64,000 nucleotides of DNA from Vitrella brassicaformis CCMP3155. Its lineage: Eukaryota > Protista > Chromerida. The stretch is taken from positions 13,299-77,298 of the forward strand of contig CDMY01000433.1 of assembly GCA_001179505.1 (NCBI GenBank). The letters run 5' to 3'. This document shows, one piece after another, positions 1-10,400 of the stretch. The notes below the pieces were generated by a model. It saw nothing but the letters and a program-made list of their open reading frames with translations. It did not search any database and had not been told where the DNA came from. Every line of letters starts with the position of its first letter. Position 1 is the first letter of the stretch. A program made the translations under genes and the position numbers.

Positions 1-801
1 AGTCTTCCACTATCCTTCTCATGGCGGATGGGTCCATTCTATTCATCAGCACCTCCGTCGTCTGGTCAGCCTTTGCACCTGAGACACGATAAGAAAACGC
101 GTACAGATGGCCAGTGGGTCCAGAAGGGGTCGGTTCCCACCTGATGGGCTGGTGAGCACTTCGATGCGGATGGGTACAGTCTGTGCCGTCTGGACGGTGC
201 TGAGAAGAGAAGTCCCACCAGCAATCACTGAAGCCACAGAGGCGTCCATCCGGCTCTCCGTCTTGGAAATATCATCCAATGAGCCAGAAAAGGCGGCATC
301 GCGTCCAGCAGACTCCACAGCGCCGTCGCGGAAAAGGGGGGCCATGCTGAGGAACGAATCGAGGAGCCTTTGGCACTTGTCGTTGATTTGTATGATATCC
401 TGCGACGTCAGATTGACTTCTTCGTCCGTCTTGATGGACGCAAGGCGGCTGCTGTACCGCTCCTTCTCGCGCGTGAGACGTTCCAGGCTCTCTGTAGTCT
501 TGTGAATGCTGGCAAATCAACACCACCGAGTCAGAGAGTGCACCATGCGAGTCTGTCATCGATCGATGTGTGCTTACTCTCCGCGTACGGCATGCAGTTT
601 GGACTGCAGCTCCACGTTGGCATTGTGCAGCTCTGTTTGCAGCGCCCTCAGGTACTTGAGACTCCTGGCTTGGTAGACCCTGTCGAGGATCTCATCTCCG
701 CCATTGAGAGGGGCCGCCAGTGGGGGAGGAGAAGGGGCGGCCGGCTCGGGCTGAGGCTGGGGTGGCAGTGGGTCGATTGAGTCGGCGATGAGGCTGGTCA
801 T
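1..801 (-). CDS. Hypothetical coiled-coil protein, partial (probably runs off the window start)
   Basis: ATG at 801 (MTSLIADSIDPLPPQPQPEP...LQTELHNANVELQSKLH). A phase-2 intron (GA|gtaagc...ttgccag|C) joins in frame to DIHKTTESLERLTREKERYSSRLASIKTDEEVNLTSQDIIQINDKCQRLLDSFLSMAPLF. Heptad-like charged helices; no family recognised. Confidence 0.55.
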
Positions 802-957
802 TCGGGGAAAAGGATGCAATCAATGGGAGAGGGATCCTCCGACGCAGTCTCAGGGCCCCCACAGCAGATCCCTCGTGCGCGAATAGATGGGCGTCAAGGC
901 AGTGGCGTGCCGGCCCTTTAAGCCATCACCTGGGGGAAAACCATTTTTGGAATTTGA

Positions 958-977
958 AGCTCGCAGCTAAGCTCGCA
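958..977. promoter_or_regulatory. AGCTCGCA direct repeat between divergent genes
   Basis: AGCTCGCA at 958-965 and 970-977, between the ATGs at 801 (-) and 1102 (+). Confidence 0.5.
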
Positions 978-1101
978 GTCCTTCCCAAATCGTTGGCCGT
1001 GTAACCTTCTCTTCTTCGCCGTGGACGCTTTCTGCAGATGATCTGCAAATGATCTAGGCTGCCGAATAACTTCCGCCACTGTTTGGGTCATCTGTCTATC
1101 T

Positions 1102-3915
1102 ATGGAGGCTGCAGGCGTTGGGAAGGGGCCGAGTGAGGGTGAGAGTGACGGCGGCGTCAAACGGGAGAGGAGTGAGAGCGGCAGGCACTGTCAGAACGCC
1201 GGACTGCAGGTGGTCATTGTTGGGGGAGGCATTGTCGCCGCATCCATCGCATGGTAACGACCAACCAACACTCATGGCAGAGAGCAACCACAAGGCTGAG
1301 GTTTGCTTGGTCCCCCCACCGTTTGATTGTCTGTTCCGTTCGCAGGAATGTATCTTTGACGTGCAGCGTGATAGTCGTGCACGACACCCCGGTGGACTCT
1401 GTGCTGCCCGTCGCGTGTGAAGACCACGACACGGCCGACTCGCGACACCCACGAGCGCCACAACACTCTATCAGCCAGTTATCGATACCGGTTAGCACTC
1501 GCCGCAGAAAGATAGAGGTTTTGTCCGTCCGTTTGCTCAGTGTGGGAATGACGTGAATCAGGGCGGCAGCGATGCTCTGGAGAGTCCGTCGTGCTACCCC
1601 TTTGGCTGGATCAACAGCTACCCCCCCAACAGCCACGACTCGCGCACCAAATTCGGACACAACCTCCTCAGCAGACTCGCCACACGAATGTGGCCCAAGT
1701 AACTTACAATCAGACAGGGCACTATTGATCAGCGTCAGCCCGTGGCAAAATGCTGTCTGTGTTTGCTTGTCAGGTTCTTGAGTCTGCTGAATCTGTCTGC
1801 CGGCGAATGCAGCTACAGATGTGGATCGTGCCTGTGGGCCACAGATGGTACGGCGACTTGATGCGTCCAGTATCTTTGACACGTCACACCGTGTGTGGGT
1901 GGGTGGATGTGCAGAGGACAGCGTCAAGCTCTTGGAGGAGTCGATAAGGCTGTGTCGCGACGTCGACTACCGGTCCACCCAGGTGTCGCCCGTCGACCTC
2001 AAGGACCGCATCGGCAGCAAGGTGCGGCTCAACTCGGCCCGCCTGTGTGTGCATAACCCCGACGAGGCCACGGTGGACGCCGACGTGGTGGCCAACCGGT
2101 GTTTCCAGAAGGCCAAGGAGTGCGGGGCGACCGTCGTGAGGGCCCGAGCGCTGCGCATCATCATCGACAGCGACGGGGCCGTCAAGGGCGTCGAGACCAG
2201 CAAACACGAGGTCATCACCGCTGATGTCGTCGTCATTGCATCGGGTAAGGGAGGGAGGGAGGGAGGGAGGGAGGCATCTCGATGAACAGATCGACAGATG
2301 ACATGGCAATATGGCCGATGTGTCGACTGTGTGTGTGCAGGTGTAGGCTCTGAGGCGTCTCGGCTGGCTTTGACGGCGGGTATTCGGCACATTCCCTTGA
2401 TGCCTTGCTCTGACGTCATAGTTCGGGCACAGAGCGAGGACCCCGTCAACAAACCACTGCCCAGGTTGCTCAAGGACTGTGGATGCCTACAGGTGCATAC
2501 ACAACCACACACCTACACCTACACGATGGATGGATGGATGAATGGATGGATGGACGGCGGTTTTGCTGCTCGCTTGTGTTGATCAGAAATTCTGTCTTGG
2601 GACCGACGACGGCAGGGACCACAGGATTGAAAACTACCACCTCAGACAGGTAGGGGTGCACAAGGACGAATCGGACGCACCAACACGCCCTCTTACACGC
2701 GCTGCATGTGTGTATGTGTCTGTGTGTGTATCAGAAAGCTGACGGGAGCATTGTGATGGCCAGGATAGGTCGTGGCATGGATCGCAGCAGTGAATTTTTG
2801 GACGCCTCAATCGGCAGGCAGGACGGATCCGCCACATCCGCCAACATGGCACTCACACTTAGACGATCGTCCTCGGCCGGCGGCGGGGCGAGGATACGCT
2901 CTGCCATGAGCGCCACCTCGGTGCTGCCGCCCACAACGCCATCGCCAAAGCGGGCAGCCACCACCACGATGCAATCGGGCGGTTTCTCGCCACTGCAGCC
3001 AGGCTTCCGCCCCCTGGGTCCGTATTGCCGTCGTCACAGCACGTCAGGGGCCGGTTTCGGTCGGGGCGAGGCCAGGTGGGATGCGCCCAAGATGCAGCCA
3101 CTGCACGAGGAGGAGGCGCAGGACTACTCGGTCAACGTCGTCTCGCCAAGCCTCCTGGTCAGCCAGCCAGTCAGCCTGTCAGTCAGCCTGGGTGGAGGTG
3201 TGGCTGCATGTATGTTGGCTCCGTGTGTCGTGTGTGTGTGTGTGCGCGCGTGTATCGAATGCAGGTTCATGATGAGCCCGAGATTCAGCACGTGGGGAGG
3301 CACGTCCTCGACACATGGTCAGAGGTAAGCGATCCACATACGCTGCGCAAGTTAGCAGCCGGGTGGCTTTTCTCTGGAGGGAGGGTGGCTGCACGTGTCT
3401 GTCTGTCTGGCCCTTGTGTGTCCGTTAGGACATCCCGGAGCTAAATCGAGAGGACCTTGCCTTATCGACGTGGATATGGGATCGGCCGCTCGTCGAGGAT
3501 GGTAATGTAATGCACATTGGACGGACGGCGCCCGTTGCAGACACTTCATGTAAACCGCTGGCCCGTCTGTCTGTCTGTCTGTGTGTGTGTCTGTCAGGTT
3601 TGCCGATCATTGGGTGGAGCTCACACGTGACGAATCTGTACCTGGCCATCACCCAATCAGGCGTCACGCTCGCACCGGTCAGCATAGCTGCGGTGGCAAA
3701 GTGTCTGTTGTGTATGTCCATGTCTTCTTGTGGTGCAGGTGATCGGCAAGCTGGCCGCTCCGGAGATCCTGAGCGGCAGCACGGTAAAAGAGAAAGAGAC
3801 GGCGGCACCAACAGGCACAATGCCCACACACCGCTCCGCTGTCGGTTGTCCTTCTCAACAGAGCAACGAGTTGCTGAGCCCGTATCGCATGACGCGTTTC
3901 GCGCAGAAATCATGA
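1102..3915 (+). CDS. FAD-dependent oxidoreductase, DAO/glycine-oxidase family (multi-exon)
   Basis: Rossmann start LQVVIVGGGIVAASIAW (~1200-1253); central HNPDEATVD...AKECGATVV...GAVKGVET...ITADVVVIASG; family C-terminus DGLPIIGW...NLYLAITQSGVTLAP...LLSPYRMTRF. GT-AG introns join the blocks. Confidence 0.85.
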
Positions 3916-4387
3916 CAATCGAGCCCGTCTGTGCTGGCCAAGAGTGCGCATGGTGCATGGAGGTGGGCAGTTGAGGTGGGCAGTTGGAGGGAGAGGGGAT
4001 GGAGAGGCAGACAGACAGACAGACAGGCATGGGACGAGGGGGGCGTGTCTTGTATATGATGATGTGATGGGTTGGGTTGGGTTGGGTGACGGGACGCACA
4101 AGTGACATGTATTTTTGCCTTTCTGGCACGATGGTGCGGATGAAAGCATTGCACCGGGATACCCAATTTGCCGTCTGCCGCGCAACACAAACCGATAGGC
4201 CGACACCCCTGAACCTGGCCAGGAGGAGAACTGACAGGCAGGCAGCCGCTGTCATCACAATCACACTCCCTGTCCCTCAATGCAGCCACACAGACTATGG
4301 ATACGTTATGATGCCTTACACTGTATAGCACACATCCTCAAGATACTTTCCAACCCTCCCAATGACCTACATTCTCCAGCGACAGAC

Positions 4388-7340
4388 TCACATAATCATA
4401 CAGCAAGGCCCACACGCATGTTTGTGTTTCTTTATGATCTCTAGGATCTCAGGCATTTCAGCCGCCATGTCCTCTGCCGTCTTCCCCTGTCACATAAGCA
4501 ACCGTCGACAATCGACTCTGTGTGAATCTGTATGTGTGCACTTACAGCATTATTCTTCATCAACAAGAGAGACCTTCCACTCCACTCCAATCTGTCATGC
4601 AGAGAGAGACAGAGAGAGAGGGGGTGTGATCTTGAGCGTCGTTCCTGCATATCTCACAGCTTAGTCACAGCCGCAGCTTGGCCTCCTTCGACAGCCAAAT
4701 GAAGTGCCGTGTTGCCATCCTGTGCATGTCATGCACAGGGAGAGCAACAAGCAGATGACAGGCATTCTGTGTGTACTGAAGTGTGTGTCTCTCACCTTGT
4801 CCACCTGTGTGCCAAGGCCTCTTCCCCCTTTGGGATGCATGACGTTCATCACATCGACATGACCAGAGTGGGCAGCCAAATGGAGTGGCGTGTAGCCCTC
4901 CTGCAATCAGCACCAGCACACAATCCACGTTATACATGAGGCGTCAGAGACAGATCTTCAACTCTCTTACATTGGTGCGTACATCCAGCACTTCTCGACC
5001 ACCCCACTTCAACCTGTCATGCAGGGAGATAGAGGGAGAGAGGGTGTGCGTGGAATTCGTCCTTTCTGTCGTCCATCGGTGTTTCTCTCACAGCTGAGAC
5101 ACAGCGGCAGTGCGACCATCCCGGGCAGCGAAATGGAGCGCCGTCCAGCCACCCTGTGCGCGTCATACACACAATCAAGGGAAAGACAAACAAACAGATC
5201 AGAGACGGTCCATGTATGTTCACATGTGTGTCTCTTACATCTGTTTGCTGCATCAGTATCTTATTCCCCCCTTTGGCATGCATGGCCTTCATCACATCAA
5301 CTTGACCATGCCCGGCAGCATTTATGAATGGCGTGACGCCGTACTGCAATCAGCACATGCATACAATCCACACAACGAGGCGGCAAAGCTATTCTCCCTT
5401 TGTACGTTGCTTCGTGCATCGAGCAGCTCGCCGTCCCACTCCAGCCTGACTTAGAGAGAAAGACGATGTGTGTGAATTCAAGTCACTCATCTCTGTCTCT
5501 CACAGCTGAGACACAGCGGCAGTGTGACCCCCCGGGGCAGCCATATGGAGTGCCGTGGAGCCACCCTGTGCGTGTCATACACACAATCAAGGGAAAGACA
5601 AACAAACAGATCAGAGACGGTCCATGTATGTTCACACGATGTGTGTCTCTTACATCTGTTTGCTGCATCAGTATCTTATTCCCCCCTTTGGCATGCATGG
5701 CCTTCATCACATCAACTTGACCAAAGTTGGCAGCAATTATGAATGGTGTGGAACCAAGCTGCGATCAGCACAATGCAACGCACGATGAGGTGTCAGAGAC
5801 ATATGTGTCTCACTAATTTCGTGTACGTTGTTGCGTGCATCGAGCAGCTCACGGCCTCCCCAGTTCAGCCTGACCCATGAAGAGAGAAAGAGGACTCGTG
5901 AGACGTTCACATGCGTCTCTCACAGCTGAGACACAGCGGATGTGTGACCCGTCTCAGCAGCCATATGGAGTGCCGTCCAGCCATTCTGTGCGTGTCATAC
6001 ACACAATCAAGGGAAAGACAAACAAACAGATCAGAGACGGTCCATGTATGTTCACATGATGTGTGTCTCTTTACATCCATTTGCTGCATCAGTATCTTAT
6101 TTCCCCCTATGGCATGCATGGCCTTCATCACATCAACTCGACCATTCTGGGCAGCAATCATGAATGGCGTGTGGCCAGCCTGCGGTCAGCACATGAAGAC
6201 AATCCACACAACGAGGCGGCAAACACAAACAATTGACACCAACAGACATCGAAAGTATGTCTATTCCTTTACCTTGAGACGTGCATAGAGCAGCTCGCTG
6301 CCGTTCACTTCAGCAGTTGAGACACAGCGGCACTGTGACCATTCTCGGCAGCCAAATGGAGAGCCGTCCAGCCGTTCTGCATTTCCATGAAGCCAGGATA
6401 TCTCTTCATCACCAGCAACAAAATTGTCCAGTTGTGTTAGTACATCTTTTGTTTGCTGCAGGATCGATGGCCCGTATCGATCATAGCATACCGACATGAT
6501 GCCAACGCGACCTTCACGTGCAGCGCAGATGAAGGGTGTGTTCTGAGGGCCAAACAGAAGACTACTGACCGTCTTTCCCCTCCACCACTGCATACCTCGT
6601 TGTTGTCTCGTCTGTCGAGTACTTTGATGCCGTGCATCTCAATGAGCCGATTGACGGACTGCACATCATCCGTCCGCACGGCCTCAAAGATGAAGGATGC
6701 TGCACGCACACAAAAGGGTATAGAGGATTGTGTTTTGCCTCTGTTTGTGCCTACCCTGAGATGAACGCTGGTACTTCTGTATGGTCTTCATCACTTCAGA
6801 CTTACCTGCCTGGGCTGCTACCTCGAACGGTGTCTTGTTGTACTGCAATCAACGCACATGAAATCGACGTAAGGATGTTTCACACATGCACATGTACAAT
6901 CTTACCCATGGCGCTGCGGTGGTGTTACGTGCATCAAGCAGTTCAGGGCCCCACTTCAGCAGCTGATCGACAGCCCCAACCGCGCCAGTGAACGCAGCAT
7001 GGTGCAGCGCAGTGTTAAAATTCTGCACCCCAAATGCAGGACATCTACTCATGTCAAGCCGTAGGCCTTCGGTTGTGCCGTACGATGTCTGATTGATGCA
7101 GAATTGCTCGGCCACGTTACCCGCGTGTGCAGCCACGAGGAAGGGTGTTACCCTCGCCCCATCTTCAACAAGTTGCCCTTCTGTGTCAAGTATTTCTGGG
7201 CCATGTTTGTCGATGAGGTCGCTGACAGTCTGCGCACCGTTCGCCTTCACAGCCTTGAATATGGGTAGCTGCAGACAAAACTCCAGCAATGACAACACAC
7301 ACATCGTCAGAGTCTCTGAGATTTTCCCACCATTGCTGCG
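4388..7340 (-). CDS. Ankyrin-repeat protein (about 14 ANK repeats) with predicted C-terminal CaaX; one frameshift in this assembly
   Basis: Repeated TPFxxAAxxGxVDVMK and GWTALHxAAxxGHxxAVSQLL motifs across many exons. Last exon GKTAEDMAAEMPEILEIIKKHKHACGPCCMIM*. Start codon uncertain (~7340). In-frame TGA at 6305-6307. Confidence 0.85.
4560..6400 (-). repeat. Tandem exon-intron module duplications (~400 bp unit encoding two ANK repeats)
   Basis: Near-identical intron text gtcatacacacaatcaagggaaagacaaacaaacagatcagagacggtccatgtatgttcac at ~5163, ~5574 and ~5994, with matching flanking exons. Confidence 0.9.
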
Positions 7341-7430
7341 CGCCGCAGAGAGAGTTACACCGGAACGCCACGCGCATGCATGCAGGGCCCGGGGGCGATC
7401 GACTGCCGCCCCCACCCCGCAGCACCGAAG

Positions 7431-10400
7431 ATGTCTGTCACCTTGCCTGCTTGGGAGATATGGGGCGCCAAGGGGCGCATGACGTCATATGGAGGCCAGC
7501 ACTTTTGCTTCGCAGCCGAGGACTCATTGCTGTTTGCTGCTGGCAGTACCCTCTTCACACTCGACCTCGACAGCGGCGAAACCGAGCCTCTCATCACTAA
7601 CCCGCGCGGCATTGCGGCCTTCGCCGGCAACCCCAGAAGGCGACTCGTGGCTTATGCTGACCAGGGACCCGAGCCAGCCATTCACGTGCTGCGTTCCACT
7701 GACAAGACCCTTCAGTTCCGCTTTGAAGGGGCGGCGGAGTTGGACCTCGCTGACTTGACCTTCTCGCGATGCGGCACGCGGCTATATGCGGCATCGCGGT
7801 CGACTCGGGTGCGGCTGACCATCTACAGCATGCAGACGGGGGGGCTGATCCAGGGTGGGGAGCTGGAGCTGCCGCAGCGCATCGACACCATCTCGGTGGA
7901 CCCCCTCAACAAGGACTCGCTTGCACTGGTGTCGTTCAACAATGTCCGCATCCTCACCATCACGCCATCATTCGAGGCACACATCCTCACACTGAGACCT
8001 CCATCTCTGCCACTAGAGGAGCAGCCGGGCGGCGCCAAGGGCGGGGAGGACAGTACGGGCCACACCAACCCCTTCGGCCGGGTGGGCGGCACGTGCTGGA
8101 CGGCTACGCACAAGCTGCTGGTGTGGACAAAGGCGGCTGTACTCGTGACTATCGACGGCAACACAGGCGAGACACTCCACGCTTGCCGAGCCAATCACTT
8201 CGACGCGTTCCACGGCCTCATAGTCACCCGGTCCCACCTCCTCACCTGCCACTCTGGGCAATGCCAGGAGCCCAAGCCAGCTCTTCTCTACCCGACAGAA
8301 GAGGACGAGAGCCCCCGAACTGTCGGTTCGAAGCGGAGCAACCAAGCCCCTGGTTTCTCGTCGAGCATGTCGCAGGGGGGCATGTCGCATCGCAGCGGGA
8401 GCGGGCAGGAGGGACAGCAGCCAGAGTACCCCGACGGGCCGTCCATCCAGTTCTGGAAGTATCACGAGGAGGCTTTGGCCACTAGTGGGGTCAGCATGGA
8501 CGGCGTGACGATATCGGCGCTGTCAGCGATGGACCCTGAGCATGAGGAAGAGCAGAGGGGCGGCGCTGTGGACGGCGTCAGCACCATCGCAAGCCCACAA
8601 ATCGGAGGGCCCAAGATACTCCCCTCAGCCACAAGTAAGTCAATCAAGAGGAGAGAGACACGGCGTAACGAATCATGCCGTAATTCTTTGTTGCATTCAT
8701 TCTGCTCAGCGATGCATCCTCTGTCTGGCGCAGCCCCCCCTCTCTATTCTCTGCGCCGCATCGGCTCCATCAGGGCCACCAATGCATTCGGCAGCAACAC
8801 TGCCATGCTTAGCCAGGAGGAGGGAGCCGTTGAGCAGCCACAGGCCGCCGACGACATCTCCGGCTCCTTCTTGCTGCCCACCGCTGTGCGTTTGGTGGGC
8901 TGCGACCCGCGCTACTCGCATTGTCTCATCCTCACAACTGACGGGACACTCTGGCGTGGCGACCTGGGCATCCGGGGGGCGCATGAAGGCGGGGGATCGC
9001 CAATGGTCAGTAGGGAGGGGCAGGGTATCGTGATGATGGATGCCATCCATGGATGTGGGGATGGTTGTATGTGTGTTTGCATTGCATAGGGCCGTGGTGA
9101 GTCGAGAATAGAGGACGAGGAGGACGAGGAGGAGGTGCGGTACGACGGCTACACACTGCGCATCTGCTCGGTCGGGCAGAGACACTACGTGGTGGGAGGC
9201 GGCTTCCTCACCGGCACACACAGGGCGGTCACTGTCGACCATGGAGGACATGTCAGGTGCTGATGAATGGATGGATGGTGTCACCGCACGAAAAAATACC
9301 CCTGAATCCCTCTCCGGTGTCTGTGTGTTTTGTTCAGGTTATGGGACGCACCTGTCCGCAACGGCTCCCATCACATCAGCGAATGTGAGAGGAACAGTCA
9401 GCAGAGCCTTCAATCTCACATCCACCCTTTTCTCTGTCTCTGTCTCTCTCTCTGTCTCTGTCTCTGTGTATCAGACCCACTGTGTCTAAGCCAGTTGATT
9501 CTGCCGACTATCCCCACGTGTGCCGTCCTCCGTCGGAAAGGTAGCTTCGCCTTCATTGGCTCCTCCGGCGGTGTGCTGAGATGGCTGGACCTCCGCGACC
9601 CGATGGACCCACATGTGGCAACGGAAATCAAGTACGCTGCACATCATTGAGTATAGTGACATTTCTTAGTGAATGTGGTATCCTCTTTCAGAATAAGCGA
9701 GGGTGAGATATGCCAGTTGTCCGAGTGCCCCTTCCCTCCTGCTCCAGCCACCGCGGCAGCCGACTCACCACCACCCCCTGAGGAGGCCACCGAGCCCCCC
9801 AGTCAGTGGGCGGTGCTGCTGGCCACCCACCACCTGGGCTTCATCATCACGCCACCGCCACGCAGCCCTCCCGCATCCAAGAACGAGTCGAGCGGGGAGG
9901 ACGACCAGGAGGATGACGCAGAGGGGGGCGATGCTGAGTCCGGGGAAGGAGGTGAGAATGACGCCGATGTGGAGCTGACGTTCCAGGGGATGGTGGGTCT
10001 GCCGTGTGTGGGGGGCGAGCCGTCGGTGACGTGCGGGCCTGAGTGGGCTGTTGGGCCGGTGGGGGAGCGTGTGGTGTTACTTGGAGGAGTCATGAACCGC
10101 AAGGATGAGGGGCTGCAGGAGGGATACCTGCTCACCGTGCAGGTACATGGTGGGGGGGCGGGGACAACAGCGATCGGCCGTTCTGCATGCGTCTTGCCAT
10201 CCTCCAATCAGGCTCCGGACTACCACTTCCTTCCCGCAGACAATCTGCTAGACAGAAAGGTACCCCACACCGCCACAAAGACATCCAAAAGGGGTGGGTG
10301 AGGCAATGTGTCTCTGTGTCTCACTCCAGAGTGTGGAACTGAGGAGTGGCGGCCTGCCCTTCCAGCCCATGTGTGTGTGCGTCAACAACGTCAACGCACC

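Noticed and set aside
4560-6400. Regularly spaced direct repeats resembling a CRISPR or satellite array
   Set aside because: Units are ~400 bp exon-intron modules encoding ankyrin repeats, without short constant repeats and unique spacers. The context is eukaryotic.
7377-7384. TGCATGCA (known apicomplexan AP2 motif) between the ANK gene and CFAP43
   Set aside because: CATG/TGCA repeats are common throughout the introns here, so a single occurrence is not informative.
7380-9089. 569-aa ORF as a standalone intronless (possibly horizontally acquired) gene
   Set aside because: It is exon 1 of CFAP43 reading through introns by chance. The likely start is 7431, with a donor at ~8635.
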